Assembly (NCBI GenBank): GCA_050186825.1
Contig: JBFWYD010000026.1
Span: 2,677-66,676, forward strand
DNA from: Planctomycetota bacterium
GTDB taxonomy: Bacteria; Planctomycetota; J058
Length of the DNA: 64,000 nucleotides
Reading direction: 5' to 3'
Within the stretch, counting starts at the first letter, position 1. The number at the start of each line of letters is the position of its first letter. The position numbers and the translations under genes are program-made. Below are positions 38,227 to 46,581 of the stretch, in pieces. The notes under the pieces are model-generated. The model searched no databases, had not been told where the DNA came from, and was given only the letters and a program-made list of their open reading frames with translations.

Positions 38227-38790
38227 GATGGGCTGACGCCCCCGTCAGAGGCGCCTTGGCGCGGTTCGGAGATGGGCTGACGCCCCCGTCAGAGGCGCCT
38301 TGGCGCGGTTCGGAGATGGGCTGGCGCCTCCGGTTGGAGCGCCCTGGCGCGGACCGGAGATATGGCTGGCGCCTCCGGTTGGAGCGCCCTGGCGCGGACT
38401 GGAGATGGGCTGGCGCCTCCGGTTGGGGCGCCTTGGCGCGGGGCAGAGATGGGCTGACGCCTTCGGCTGGGGCGCCTTGGCGCGGGCCAGAGATAGGCTG
38501 ACGCCTGGTCGGAGGCGCCTTGGCGCGGGCCAGAGAGATTGGCTGACGCCTCTCGCTGGAGGCGCCTTGGCGCCGGAGAGATGGGCTGACGCCTCTCGCC
38601 GGAGGCGCCTTGGCGCGGCCCAGCGAGATGGGCTGACGCCTCTCGTCGGAGGCGCCTTGGCGCGGCCCAGCGAGATGGGCTGACGCCTCTCTCGTCGGAG
38701 GCGCCTTGGCGCGGCCCAGAGATGCCGTCGGAGGCGCCTTGGCGCGGTCAGAGAGGGGCGCTGACGCCTCCTCGTCGGAGCGCTTGTCGG
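38227..38790. repeat. tandem minisatellite, 12 units of 43-47 bp plus degenerate end units
   Basis: Unit consensus GATGGGCTGACGCC-N6-10-GGAGGCGCCTTGGCGCGG-N5-9. Units 1 and 2 (38227-38270, 38271-38314) are identical. Unit lengths are not multiples of 3. Confidence 0.9.
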
Positions 38791-38900
38791 AGCCGCTTGG
38801 GCTGACCAGGGCCGAGTTGGCGGCGACCTTGTCGGGGCCGGGCCGGAGCGCGTAGGCTGCGGAGGTCGTCGCCCCGCTCGGGGCGTGTGGGAGGGGTCGA

Positions 38901-39311
38901 ATGCGTCGTCTCCAGCCGGTTCTCGCCCTCGTCGCCGCCTGCGGGCTGTTCGTCGGGTGCCCCGCGCCCAGGCAGCAGGCGGGAGCGGTGGCGCTCAAGC
39001 TCGTCGCGGACCCGGCGCCCGAGGGGGCGCAGGTGCCTGTGGCGTCGCCGGTGCAGCTGCGGCTGCGCTTCGACAGCGGGGACAAGGACCGGAAGCTGGT
39101 CGGCGCGCTGATCGACGACGGGGGGCAGGCCGAGACCAAGTGGTTCGTCGAGCCAGAGGGCGCGGCGGAGGTCGATGCGGCCACGGCGCAGGTCCGCCTC
39201 AAGCAGCCGGGGAAGGTCAAGGTGTGGGCCACCTACGTCCAGGGCGGCCGCACGCTGCAGAGCAACGTGGTCGAACTGAACGGGGTCGCCGCGGCGACCA
39301 GCGGCTCGTAG
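38901..39311 (+). CDS. small lipoprotein, possible bacterial Ig-like (Big_2-type) domain
   Basis: Signal plus lipobox LVAACGLFVGC. The beta-rich 110-aa remainder ends ...VKVWATYVQGGRTLQSNVVEL. Confidence 0.65.
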   Translation: MRRLQPVLALVAACGLFVGCPAPRQQAGAVALKLVADPAPEGAQVPVASPVQLRLRFDSGDKDRKLVGALIDDGGQAETKWFVEPEGAAEVDAATAQVRLKQPGKVKVWATYVQGGRTLQSNVVELNGVAAATSGS

Positions 39312-39616
39312 CCCGCCGGCCCGGTTCCCGCCGGGCCCGCTGTCGCGCACACCTACCGCTACTCGTCTCCGTCCGCGCTGCTCCTCGACGTGCTGCACGA
39401 CCTGCTCGTCGAGCACGCGACCCCGCTCGAAGACGCGGGGCCATCGCCTACCTGCAGGGAGTGACGGGCGGCAAGGCGGGCAAGACCGCCCAGGCGATCC
39501 TCGCGCTGGCTGCCCCGTCCGGGGCAGGGACGCCTCGGTCGCGGCGACGGGCCCGCGGCTGAGCGCTGCGAGCTGGGCCGCGCTCGCACGGCGGGTCTCG
39601 TGGTGGTGAGCCGAGC

Positions 39617-40582
39617 TCAGGTCTGCGGGTGGCGCTTCCCTCGCGTCCGCCGTCCTGGCTGGCCGCCGCCAGCGCCGGTCCGGCCCGGGAGCCGGTCCTC
39701 GAGCGCGTCGAGCGTCTTGGGCCAGTCGCCCTTGAGGAGCTTCGAGAGCGCGCGGTCGGCGAGGAGCTTGCCGTCCGTCTGGCAGGTCGGGCAGTAGTTC
39801 GTTTCGTGGTCGCCGCGGACGATCCTCTGGACCGGCGAGCCGCAGTCCGGGCAGGGGAGCTTGTATCGGCCGTGGACCGCCATGCCTTCACGGAAGGCAG
39901 TGACGCCTTGGTTGGGGAAGCCATCGCCCGCCTCGCGGCGGAGCCGCTCCGTCCACTCTCCGAGGACCGCCTGGGTGGCTGCGAAGAGCGCCTCCGTCTC
40001 CTCGGCCGTGAGCCGCGAGGTGAGCTTCACCGGCGAGAGCCGGGCGCGGTGCAGGATCTCGTCGGAGTATGCGTTCCCGATCCCGCTGAAGAGGGTCGGG
40101 TCGATGAGGGCGATCTTCAGGGTGTGGTTCTCCCGGGCCAGCACGGCGCGGAAGTCGGCCAGCGTGGCATCGAGGACCTCGAGCCCGCCGCGGTGGAACT
40201 GCTGGAGCGCGTCCTCCCCGCGGACCAGGTGGGCCGAAGCGCGCTTCTTGCTGCCGGCCTCACGGAAGATCAGGGTGCCCGGCGTGAAGTCGAGGGCGAG
40301 GAGCCCGATCTTCCCGGGGATCTTCGCGCCGCGCTCTGCCCAGGCCAGGCGCCCCGCGATCATCAGGTGCAGGACCAGGAACAGGTCGTCCTCGAGCACG
40401 AAGGCGATCCGCTTCCCGAGCCGCCGGATCGCGCGGACCGCCTTGCCCTCGGCGGAGCCGATGGGCGGTTCGGCCGTGCGGAGGACGAAGGGGCTCGCGA
40501 CTCGCACGCGCTCGAGCGCCTGCCCGACGACGCGCCGCTCGAGGCACTCGACGTAGACGACGACGTCCGGTAGCTCCGGCAT
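39617..40582 (-). CDS. mutM: formamidopyrimidine-DNA glycosylase/Nei-family DNA glycosylase with C-terminal extension
   Basis: MPELPDV N-terminus, H2TH segment, zinc finger CPDCGSPV...YCPTCQ. Confidence 0.85.
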   Translation of the reverse strand: MPELPDVVVYVECLERRVVGQALERVRVASPFVLRTAEPPIGSAEGKAVRAIRRLGKRIAFVLEDDLFLVLHLMIAGRLAWAERGAKIPGKIGLLALDFTPGTLIFREAGSKKRASAHLVRGEDALQQFHRGGLEVLDATLADFRAVLARENHTLKIALIDPTLFSGIGNAYSDEILHRARLSPVKLTSRLTAEETEALFAATQAVLGEWTERLRREAGDGFPNQGVTAFREGMAVHGRYKLPCPDCGSPVQRIVRGDHETNYCPTCQTDGKLLADRALSKLLKGDWPKTLDALEDRLPGRTGAGGGQPGRRTRGKRHPQT

Positions 40583-40935
40583 GGGCGGCATGCTGGCACG
40601 GCCAGGGGCCAGGGCCAAGCCGTCCCAACCCTGAGGAGCGACCGCGCGCGGGTTCGGGGCTAGAGCCACGGCCCCGGGCAGGTGGCGGCGGCTAAGCGCG
40701 GGACCCGCCTGCGCAGCGGCGAGACGGCGACCACGACGGACGCGGCGTAGCGTCTTCGACGCGTGAACGAAGCGCGCACCAACTCTGGGAAGGCGAGACG
40801 AGCCGCGGGCCAGGCGCGGAGGCCCGGCGCGCGCGAGGTGCTGTGGGGCGCAGGCTGCGGCGCGTGAGCCCCGCCTGGTCCGGGGCGTGCTCGAGGGTCG
40901 GGCGGAGAACGCATGACCGCACCGGAAGGCTGACC

Positions 40936-41961
40936 ATGAACCCGACCCAGCGCGCGCTCGCCCCGGCGATCGTCGTCCTCGCCACCCTCTCGGCGGCCCA
41001 CGCCCAGCCGGCGCAGACCCTGCGCCGCGGCGACGCCGGCCAGGCGGTCCAGGAGCTCCAGGCCGAGCTCGCCCGCCTCGGCTTCCAGCTCGCGGCCGAC
41101 GGCCAGTTCGGACCCCAGACCGAGGCCGCCGTGCGCACCTTCCAGCAGGCGCGCGGGCTGAGCGTCGACGGCGTGGTCGGCCCGGCCACAGCGCGCGCCC
41201 TCGAGCAGGCCCTGAGCGGCGCGCCCAGCGGGGGCAGCAGCGGCAGCACCGGCAGCGCCGGGATCGCCGGCGCCCTGGGCGCGAAGCCGAATCGCCCTGG
41301 ACCGAGCACGCCCCTCGCCCAGGTCCGCGTCGACGCCGAGCGCTGGGCGCGCTGGGCGGCCGCCGCGGGCAAGCACACCCTCGTGATCGCCTTCGAGGGG
41401 CTGTGGAGCTACCGCGAGGGCTACGCGCGTCAGGCCTACGCCTACCTCGACGCCCTCGAGCGGGGCCGGCGCGCCTCGCCGCCCGCGAACCCCGGGATGC
41501 ACTTCCTCGAGAAGGGGCTGGTGGTCCCGACCCTGCCTGCGCACGCGGCGCGCATCGAGCTGCTCTCGCTGCCCGAGACCGAGGAGGGGGGGCGGGGACC
41601 GACCGTCGCCGAGGAGGTGGTGGTCGCCTGGCGCCGCGTGCGCGGGGCCAGCCTGCGCCTGGTCGTGCTCGGGCACAGCTTCGGCGGCTACTCCGCGCTG
41701 CGCCTCTCGCGCCGGCTCGAGGCGCGCGGGATCCCGGTCGACGCGCTGCTGACCGTGGACGCCCGCACCATGCCCGGCAACTACCGCGAGTTCGTGAAGC
41801 CGAGCAACGTGCGCGCGGCCTGGAACTTCTTCCAGAAGGGCTTCATGCCGGGCTACGAGATCCAGGGCGCGACCAACCAGCGCCTGCGCGGCGTGTCGCA
41901 CGGCACCATCCCCGCCGCGGCCGTGGTGCGCGAGCGCTACCAGCAGCTGCTGCGGGACTAG
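40936..41961 (+). CDS. secreted peptidoglycan-binding domain plus alpha/beta-hydrolase-like domain protein
   Basis: Signal peptide, PG_binding_1-like LRRGDAGQAVQELQ..LGF...DGQFGPQTEAAVRTFQ, GHSFGG nucleophile elbow. ATG 40936 after GGAAGG. Confidence 0.75.
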   Translation: MNPTQRALAPAIVVLATLSAAHAQPAQTLRRGDAGQAVQELQAELARLGFQLAADGQFGPQTEAAVRTFQQARGLSVDGVVGPATARALEQALSGAPSGGSSGSTGSAGIAGALGAKPNRPGPSTPLAQVRVDAERWARWAAAAGKHTLVIAFEGLWSYREGYARQAYAYLDALERGRRASPPANPGMHFLEKGLVVPTLPAHAARIELLSLPETEEGGRGPTVAEEVVVAWRRVRGASLRLVVLGHSFGGYSALRLSRRLEARGIPVDALLTVDARTMPGNYREFVKPSNVRAAWNFFQKGFMPGYEIQGATNQRLRGVSHGTIPAAAVVRERYQQLLRD

Positions 41962-42009
41962 CTCCGGGTCTGTCAGCCCGTCGTGCGCGCGCTCGTCGCG
42001 AGCGCGAGC

Positions 42010-42399
42010 ACGACGCGCGCGACTCCCTGCTCCAGCCCGAGACCTCGGAGGACCAGGAGCGCTCGGTGGCCGAGCAGACCGCGCTGGCCTGGCGCGAGGT
42101 CCAGGGCCCCGCCGCGCGGCTGGTGCTCGTCGGGCACAGCTTCGGCGCCTGGTCCGCCCTGCGCCTCGCGCAGAAGCTCGAGCGCCAGGGTGTGTCCGTC
42201 GCGGGGACGCTCCTGACCGACGCGCGCTCCCGCGGCGGCCATTGGCGCAGCTTCGCCAAGCCACTTCTTCCAGAAGGGCTTCCTCCCCGGCCACTCGGTG
42301 CGCGGCGCGATCGAGCAGCGCCTGCGCTGGGTCTCGCACTCATCGATCACCGGCCGCCCCGAGGTGCGCGCGCGCTTCGAGGAGCTGATCGTGGCCTGA
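42010..42399 (+). pseudogene. truncated, frameshifted paralogue of the C-terminal half of the 40936..41961 gene
   Basis: HDARDSLLQPETSEDQ...AWREVQGPAARLVLVGHSFGAWSALRLAQKLE parallels AHAARIELLSLPETEE...AWRRVRGASLRLVVLGHSFGGYSALRLSRRLE. An about 20-nt deletion near 42258 shifts the frame before ...FFQKGFLPGH.... No N-terminal half or start codon. Confidence 0.7.
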
Positions 42400-42503
42400 C
42401 AGCCATCCCCATGGGCCTCGTCCTCAGGGCGACGGGCAGTCGAGCCCCGTCCCTGAACACGCCCGCGCGCCGGCCTCGGCCCGCGCGCTGACGAGGAGCC
42501 CAC

Positions 42504-43238
42504 GTGACCCACAAGCTGAACCAGGTGCTCGCGATCGAGAAGGGCACCAAGGCGCGGATCCACGGCGAGATCACGCGCATGCACCACGCGCTGCAGAAGC
42601 CCGGCCTCCTGAACGGCTTCGCCAAGACCTACCGCCCCAAGGAGGAGGACGGCGACGCCTACCCGCCCGAGAACGTGCGCGTCCAGCTCAACGCCGCGCA
42701 GATGCTCCGCCAGGCGGGACGGCTGCTGGCCGAGCTGTTCGACGTCACGGCCACCAAGGACTTCGCGAACACGGAGGCCCGCGCCGACCTCGTGGTCGAC
42801 GGCGAGGTCCTGCTCGAGCAGGTGCCCGCGACCTTCCTGCTGTTCCTCGAGAAGCAGCTGGTCGACCTGCGCACCTTCGTGGCCAAGATCCCGACCCTCG
42901 ACCCCGCCGAGGAGTGGGTGCACGACGGGGCCACCGACCTGTTCAAGACGGAGGCCACCGAGACCACGCGCACCAAGAAGGTCCAGCGCCCGATCGTGCT
43001 CTACCCGGCCACGCCGGAGCACCCGGCGCAGACCCAGCTCATCACCGAGGACGTGGCGGTCGGGAGCTGGATCACGGTCAAGCACTCGGGGGCGCTGCCC
43101 GAGCCGCGCAAGACCGCGCTGCTCGAGCGCATCGAGCGCCTGAGCGACGCGGTCAAGTTCGCCCGCGAGCAGGCGAACGCGGCCGAGGCCGGGCGCCGCG
43201 TGGTCGGCGAGCGGGTGTTCCGCTCCCTGCTCGGCTGA
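42504..43238 (+). CDS. conserved-looking hypothetical protein (244 aa)
   Basis: GTG 42504; uniform high GC3; no motif I can name. Confidence 0.7.
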   Translation: MTHKLNQVLAIEKGTKARIHGEITRMHHALQKPGLLNGFAKTYRPKEEDGDAYPPENVRVQLNAAQMLRQAGRLLAELFDVTATKDFANTEARADLVVDGEVLLEQVPATFLLFLEKQLVDLRTFVAKIPTLDPAEEWVHDGATDLFKTEATETTRTKKVQRPIVLYPATPEHPAQTQLITEDVAVGSWITVKHSGALPEPRKTALLERIERLSDAVKFAREQANAAEAGRRVVGERVFRSLLG

Positions 43239-43303
43239 GTACCTGCTCGGCTGGGCCGCGCGCCCGCGACCGACACCAGGGCCGCGGGCGCGCCCCACTA
43301 ACC

Positions 43304-43329
43304 GGCCCGGCCGCCGCGGCGGCCGGGCC
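43304..43329 (+). terminator. GC-rich hairpin downstream of the 42504 gene
   Basis: GGCCCGGCCGC-CGCG-GCGGCCGGGCC (11-bp stem) followed by CTTCC. No real U tract. Confidence 0.3.
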
Positions 43330-43384
43330 CTTCCTAGGTCCCTAACGAGGAGACAAGCTCAAGCTCAAGCTCCGTGTCACGCGT

Positions 43385-43429
43385 CACGCGCGCATCCCAG
43401 GCGTGCAGGTTCGAGTCCTGCCCCCAGCA
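43385..43429 (+). pseudogene. isolated tRNA 3' fragment (T-arm plus acceptor 3' strand)
   Basis: GCAGG-TTCGAGT-CCTGC followed by CCCCAGC-A. No matching GCTGGGG 5' strand upstream, where (AAGCTC)3 sits instead. Confidence 0.5.
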
Positions 43430-43446
43430 TTGGTCTTCGTACACGA

Positions 43447-43498
43447 GCCGGGGTGGTGGAACTGGCAGACACGCCTGCGCCCAAACACCGGGCGCAGG
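43447..43498 (+). pseudogene. tRNA-Leu-like 5' fragment (acceptor 5' strand, D-arm, aberrant anticodon arm)
   Basis: GCCGGGG-TG-GTGGAACTGGCAGACAC is a class-II tRNA-type start. It is followed by a 9-bp stem CCTGCGCCC/GGGCGCAGG with loop AAACACC. No T-arm or CCCCGGC 3' strand downstream. Confidence 0.45.
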
Positions 43499-43580
43499 TG
43501 CCGGAACGGGGTCGCACGTGGACGCGCTCAAGCTGAGACTCTGCTCCAGACTCAGCATTCCCGGGCTCCGCTCGATCGAG

Positions 43581-43711
43581 CGCTCGCCGTCCTTCGACTC
43601 AGACACGGGTCCGAATCCCGTACCGGACGTCACCTCTCGCCTGCTCGCAGGCACCTCACCGGTCCGGTTGGTCTAGCGGCAAGATGGAGTCGTTCAACCT
43701 GAACGGCGGGC
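43581..43711 (+). ncRNA. permuted tRNA-Glu-like cloverleaf: 3' half (43596-43629), 33-nt spacer, 5' half (43662-43698)
   Basis: GACTC-AGAC-ACGGG-TCCGAAT-CCCGT-ACCGGAC-G, then GTCCGGT-TG-GTC-TAGCGGCAA-GAT-G-GAGTC-GTTCAAC. The acceptor (7 bp) and anticodon (5 bp) stems of the two halves are perfectly complementary. Flanks 43581-43591 and 43701-43711 can also pair. Confidence 0.35.
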
Positions 43712-43898
43712 TTCAGCGTCGCGGGCGATCGCAATTCCCGGGTCCGGGGCCGGGGGGTTTGGCTAATCCCCTCGGCCCTCTATCGAGCTGTTGCCATGCC
43801 TTCGTAAGACTCCTGCGGGCCCTCCCAGCGAGGCTTGACTCGCCGGGGGGGCTGCCTGAGCCTCCTCGCGGTCCGGGGTGACCGTGTGAGGTGAGGAG

Positions 43899-45980
43899 AT
43901 GAGCGCGAAGAACGAGGGGCCGACCGCCGCCGGCGCGATGCCCCGCGTCGCCGCGGGGATCGGCGGCGCCCTGGTCCTGGTCGGCGTCGTCGCCGCGCTG
44001 AACCTCGGCGGCCGGGACCGCGCGGCGATCGCGAAGCTCGCTGCCCTTCCCGCTGCCAGCCCGACGGCCGCGAGCTCTGCGCCGAGCGCGGCCGAGCGCC
44101 CTGCGCCGAGCGCGGCCGAGCGCCCTGCTCCGAGCGCGACCGAGCGCCCCGCGCCGAGCGCGGCCGAGCGCCCCGCGCCGAGCGCGGCCGAGCGCCCCGC
44201 GCCGAGCGCGGCCGAGCGCCCCGCGCCGAGCGCGGCCGAGCGCCCCGCGCCGAGCGCGACCGAGCGCCCCGCGCCGAGCGCGACCGAGCGCCCCGCGCCG
44301 AGCGCGACCGAGCGCCCCGCGCCGAGCGCGACCGAGCGCCCCGCGCCGAGCGCGACCGAGCGCCCCGCGCCGAGCGCGACCGAGCGCCCCGCGCCGAGCG
44401 TGGCCGAGAGCCCTGCCCAGAGCGCGACCGAGAGCCCGGCGCCGATGCCCGCCCCGAGCGTGGCCGAGCGCCCCGCGTCGGCTCTCGCCTCGGCGCTGGC
44501 CCAGGTGGGCGAGCGGACCTTCACCACCCATCGCGAGGACGTGCTCGGCACCTCCTTCAGCCTGACCCTGGTCGGGATCGACGAGGCCGACGCGCGCCGC
44601 GCCGAGCGGGCCGCCCTCGACGAGATCGAGCGGCTGCGCCAGATCTTCAGCGGCTGGGATGCCAAGAGCGAGGTCTCGCGCCTGAACGCGCGCCCCTTCG
44701 CGGAGCGCAAGGAGGTCGAGGTCTCCGAGGAGCTCGGCGCCGTGCTCCGCCTGGCGCGGCTGTGGCGCGCCCTCTCCAAGGGCGCCTTCGACGGCTACCT
44801 GGGCGAGCTGCACGACGCCTGGCGCCAGGCCGCCAAGAGCGGGCACGAGCCGAGCGCCGAGGCGTTGGCGGCCTTCGCGGCCGCGGCCAAGTCCGGCCCG
44901 GGCTACTCGGTCTCGCGCCAGGAGCAGGGCGCCAGGATCACCTGCCAGCGCGCGGGGCGCTTCGACCTGGACGGGATCGCCAAGGGCTACATCGTGAACC
45001 GCGCGCTCGAGGCCGTGAACCACGCGGCCCCCAAGCTCGAGGGCGCGCTCCTGGAGCTGGGCGGCGACCTGCGCGTGCAGGGCGACGGGCGCGTGGGGAT
45101 GCGCGCCCCCTGGGTGATCGACGTGGCGGACCCGCGCGACCCGGCCGAGAACGCGCGCCCGCTGGCGAGCGTGGCCCTGCGCGACCTCGCGATCGCCAGC
45201 AGCGGCGGCTACGAGCGCAGCCTGAAGGTGGGCGGGCGGCGCCGCGCGCACATCCTCGACCCGCGCACCGCGCAGCCCGTCGAGGGCATCCTGGGCGCGA
45301 CCGTAATCGCCAAGGACGCCGCCACGGCCGACGCCCTGGCGACCGCGCTGTGCGTGCTCGACCCCGAGGCCGGCCTGCGCCTGGCGAGCACGGCCAAGGT
45401 CGAGTGCGCGATCGTGGACCGCGAGAAGAAGGCCCACTTCTCCCCCGGCTGGGCCAAGCTCGTGACCAGCGGCAAGACCGAGCCCTGGCCGCAGGACTTC
45501 CAGGTCGAGCTGACCTTCCGCCTCGTGAACTCCACCCCCGACGCGCGCGGCTTCAAGCGCCACGGCACGGCCGCCTGGGTCGAGGACGCGAGCGGCAAGC
45601 GCGTGCGCCTGCTCGCGCTGTGGTTCGACGCGGGCGAGTTCAAGTACCTGCCCAAGCTCGACTCCTTCTGGCGGGAGGGCTGGCTGGGCTCGGGTGGGGG
45701 CGAGGACGCGCGCCTGCTGCGCACCTGGAGCCGCGCCAGCCGCTCCCCCGGCCGCTACACGCTGCGCTGGGACGGCAAGGACGACGACGGCCGCCTGGTC
45801 CCGCAGGGCCACTACCGGCTGCGCGTCGATGTCAACCGCGAGCACGGCCCCGGCCGCGAGCGCCACACCGTGGCCACGGTCGAGCTCGACTGCGCCGCCG
45901 GCGCGGCCCAGGCCGCGGCCTCCGACCAGCCGGAGCTGCAGGAGGTCTCGGCCGCCTACGGACCGGCCGATGTCCGCTGA
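43899..45980 (+). CDS. apbE: membrane-anchored ApbE-like FAD:protein FMN transferase fused to a DUF2271-like domain, with ERPAPSA[AT] linker repeats
   Basis: TM anchor, 14 x ERPAPSAx. ApbE motifs [25 protein letters not shown]-terminal ...[17 protein letters not shown]...[33 protein letters not shown] resembles DUF2271. Confidence 0.8.
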   Translation: MSAKNEGPTAAGAMPRVAAGIGGALVLVGVVAALNLGGRDRAAIAKLAALPAASPTAASSAPSAAERPAPSAAERPAPSATERPAPSAAERPAPSAAERPAPSAAERPAPSAAERPAPSATERPAPSATERPAPSATERPAPSATERPAPSATERPAPSATERPAPSVAESPAQSATESPAPMPAPSVAERPASALASALAQVGERTFTTHREDVLGTSFSLTLVGIDEADARRAERAALDEIERLRQIFSGWDAKSEVSRLNARPFAERKEVEVSEELGAVLRLARLWRALSKGAFDGYLGELHDAWRQAAKSGHEPSAEALAAFAAAAKSGPGYSVSRQEQGARITCQRAGRFDLDGIAKGYIVNRALEAVNHAAPKLEGALLELGGDLRVQGDGRVGMRAPWVIDVADPRDPAENARPLASVALRDLAIASSGGYERSLKVGGRRRAHILDPRTAQPVEGILGATVIAKDAATADALATALCVLDPEAGLRLASTAKVECAIVDREKKAHFSPGWAKLVTSGKTEPWPQDFQVELTFRLVNSTPDARGFKRHGTAAWVEDASGKRVRLLALWFDAGEFKYLPKLDSFWREGWLGSGGGEDARLLRTWSRASRSPGRYTLRWDGKDDDGRLVPQGHYRLRVDVNREHGPGRERHTVATVELDCAAGAAQAAASDQPELQEVSAAYGPADVR
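44079..44414 (+). repeat. in-frame 24-nt tandem repeat x14 inside the apbE-like gene
   Basis: GCGCCGAGCGCG[GA]CCGAGCGCCC[CT] units read directly. They encode APSA[AT]ERP. Confidence 0.9.
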
Positions 45981-46581
45981 GGCCGCGGCGTCCGGTCCGC
46001 GCCCGCGCCAGGGGCGCTGGAAGCCGCTGGTGCGCACGGTCCACATCTACGCCTCGCTCCTGGGCCTGGTCCTGACCCTGTTCTTCGGGGCCACGGGCTT
46101 CGTGCTCAACAACGAGGACCTGTTCGGCCTGGGCACCCCGATCCGCCGCAGCACGACGGGCAGGCTCCCGGCCGAGGTGCTGAAGCAGCTCGACCCCCTG
46201 AGCGTGGTGGAGACGGTCCGCGAGGACTACGCGATCAACGGCGCGCTCGTGACCTGGGAGCCCGACGAGGTCGAGCTGCGCCTGCGCTTCTCGCGCCCCG
46301 GCGAGGACACCGACGTGGTGATCCAGCGCCGCGACGGCGCCCTGACCGTGGACCGCGAGCTGGGCGGGCTGCTCGTGGCCCTCGGCGACCTGCATCGGGG
46401 CAAGCGCTCGGGGTCGCTCGGCAAGCTGGTCGTGGACGCCACCGCGATCCTCCTGATCACGATCTCGCTCACGGGCTTCGTGCTCTGGCTGACCCTGCCC
46501 AAGCGCCGCAAGGCCGGCCTGGCCGCCCTGGCGCTGACCGCGGGCCTGCTGCTGATCGTCGGGCTCTACGTCTTCGCTTGA
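45970..46581 (+). CDS. PepSY-associated TM-helix protein
   Basis: ATG 45970 overlaps the upstream gene by 11 nt. ...VHIYASLLGLVLTLFFGATGFVLNN... and ...LHRGKRSG..GKLVVDATAILLITISLTGFVLW are typical of the PepSY_TM family. Confidence 0.75.
   Translation: MSAEAAASGPRPRQGRWKPLVRTVHIYASLLGLVLTLFFGATGFVLNNEDLFGLGTPIRRSTTGRLPAEVLKQLDPLSVVETVREDYAINGALVTWEPDEVELRLRFSRPGEDTDVVIQRRDGALTVDRELGGLLVALGDLHRGKRSGSLGKLVVDATAILLITISLTGFVLWLTLPKRRKAGLAALALTAGLLLIVGLYVFA

Noticed and set aside
38227-38790. Tandem array as a CRISPR locus.
   Set aside because: The variable segments are only about 6-10 nt and nearly identical between neighbouring units. The period is 43-47 bp, and no cas genes are nearby.
38129-39232. 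367-aa minus-strand ORF and plus-strand ORFs (37953..38501, 38300..38683) running through the tandem array.
   Set aside because: Unit lengths are not multiples of three, so the encoded peptide repeat changes frame from unit to unit. They also overlap the well-supported lipoprotein gene.
40843-40935. Upstream extension of the PG-binding hydrolase ORF (start at 40843).
   Set aside because: ATG 40936 is preceded by GGAAGG and yields a normal signal peptide. The extension is Arg/Gly-rich and overlaps the mutM promoter side.
43687-43704. Loop GTTCAAC read as a UCA anticodon (tRNA-Sec or opal suppressor).
   Set aside because: There is no 3' strand for the anticodon stem after the loop. The sequence instead forms its own GTTCA-ACC-TGAAC hairpin. 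There is no long variable arm or 8-bp acceptor stem, and no selenoprotein genes are seen.
43581-43711. Two-piece (permuted) tmRNA interpretation of the 3'-half/5'-half arrangement.
   Set aside because: The acceptor stem is GTCCGGT/ACCGGAC with no GGG start or G3:U70 pair. There is no CCA-like end and no recognisable tag reading frame or pseudoknots downstream.
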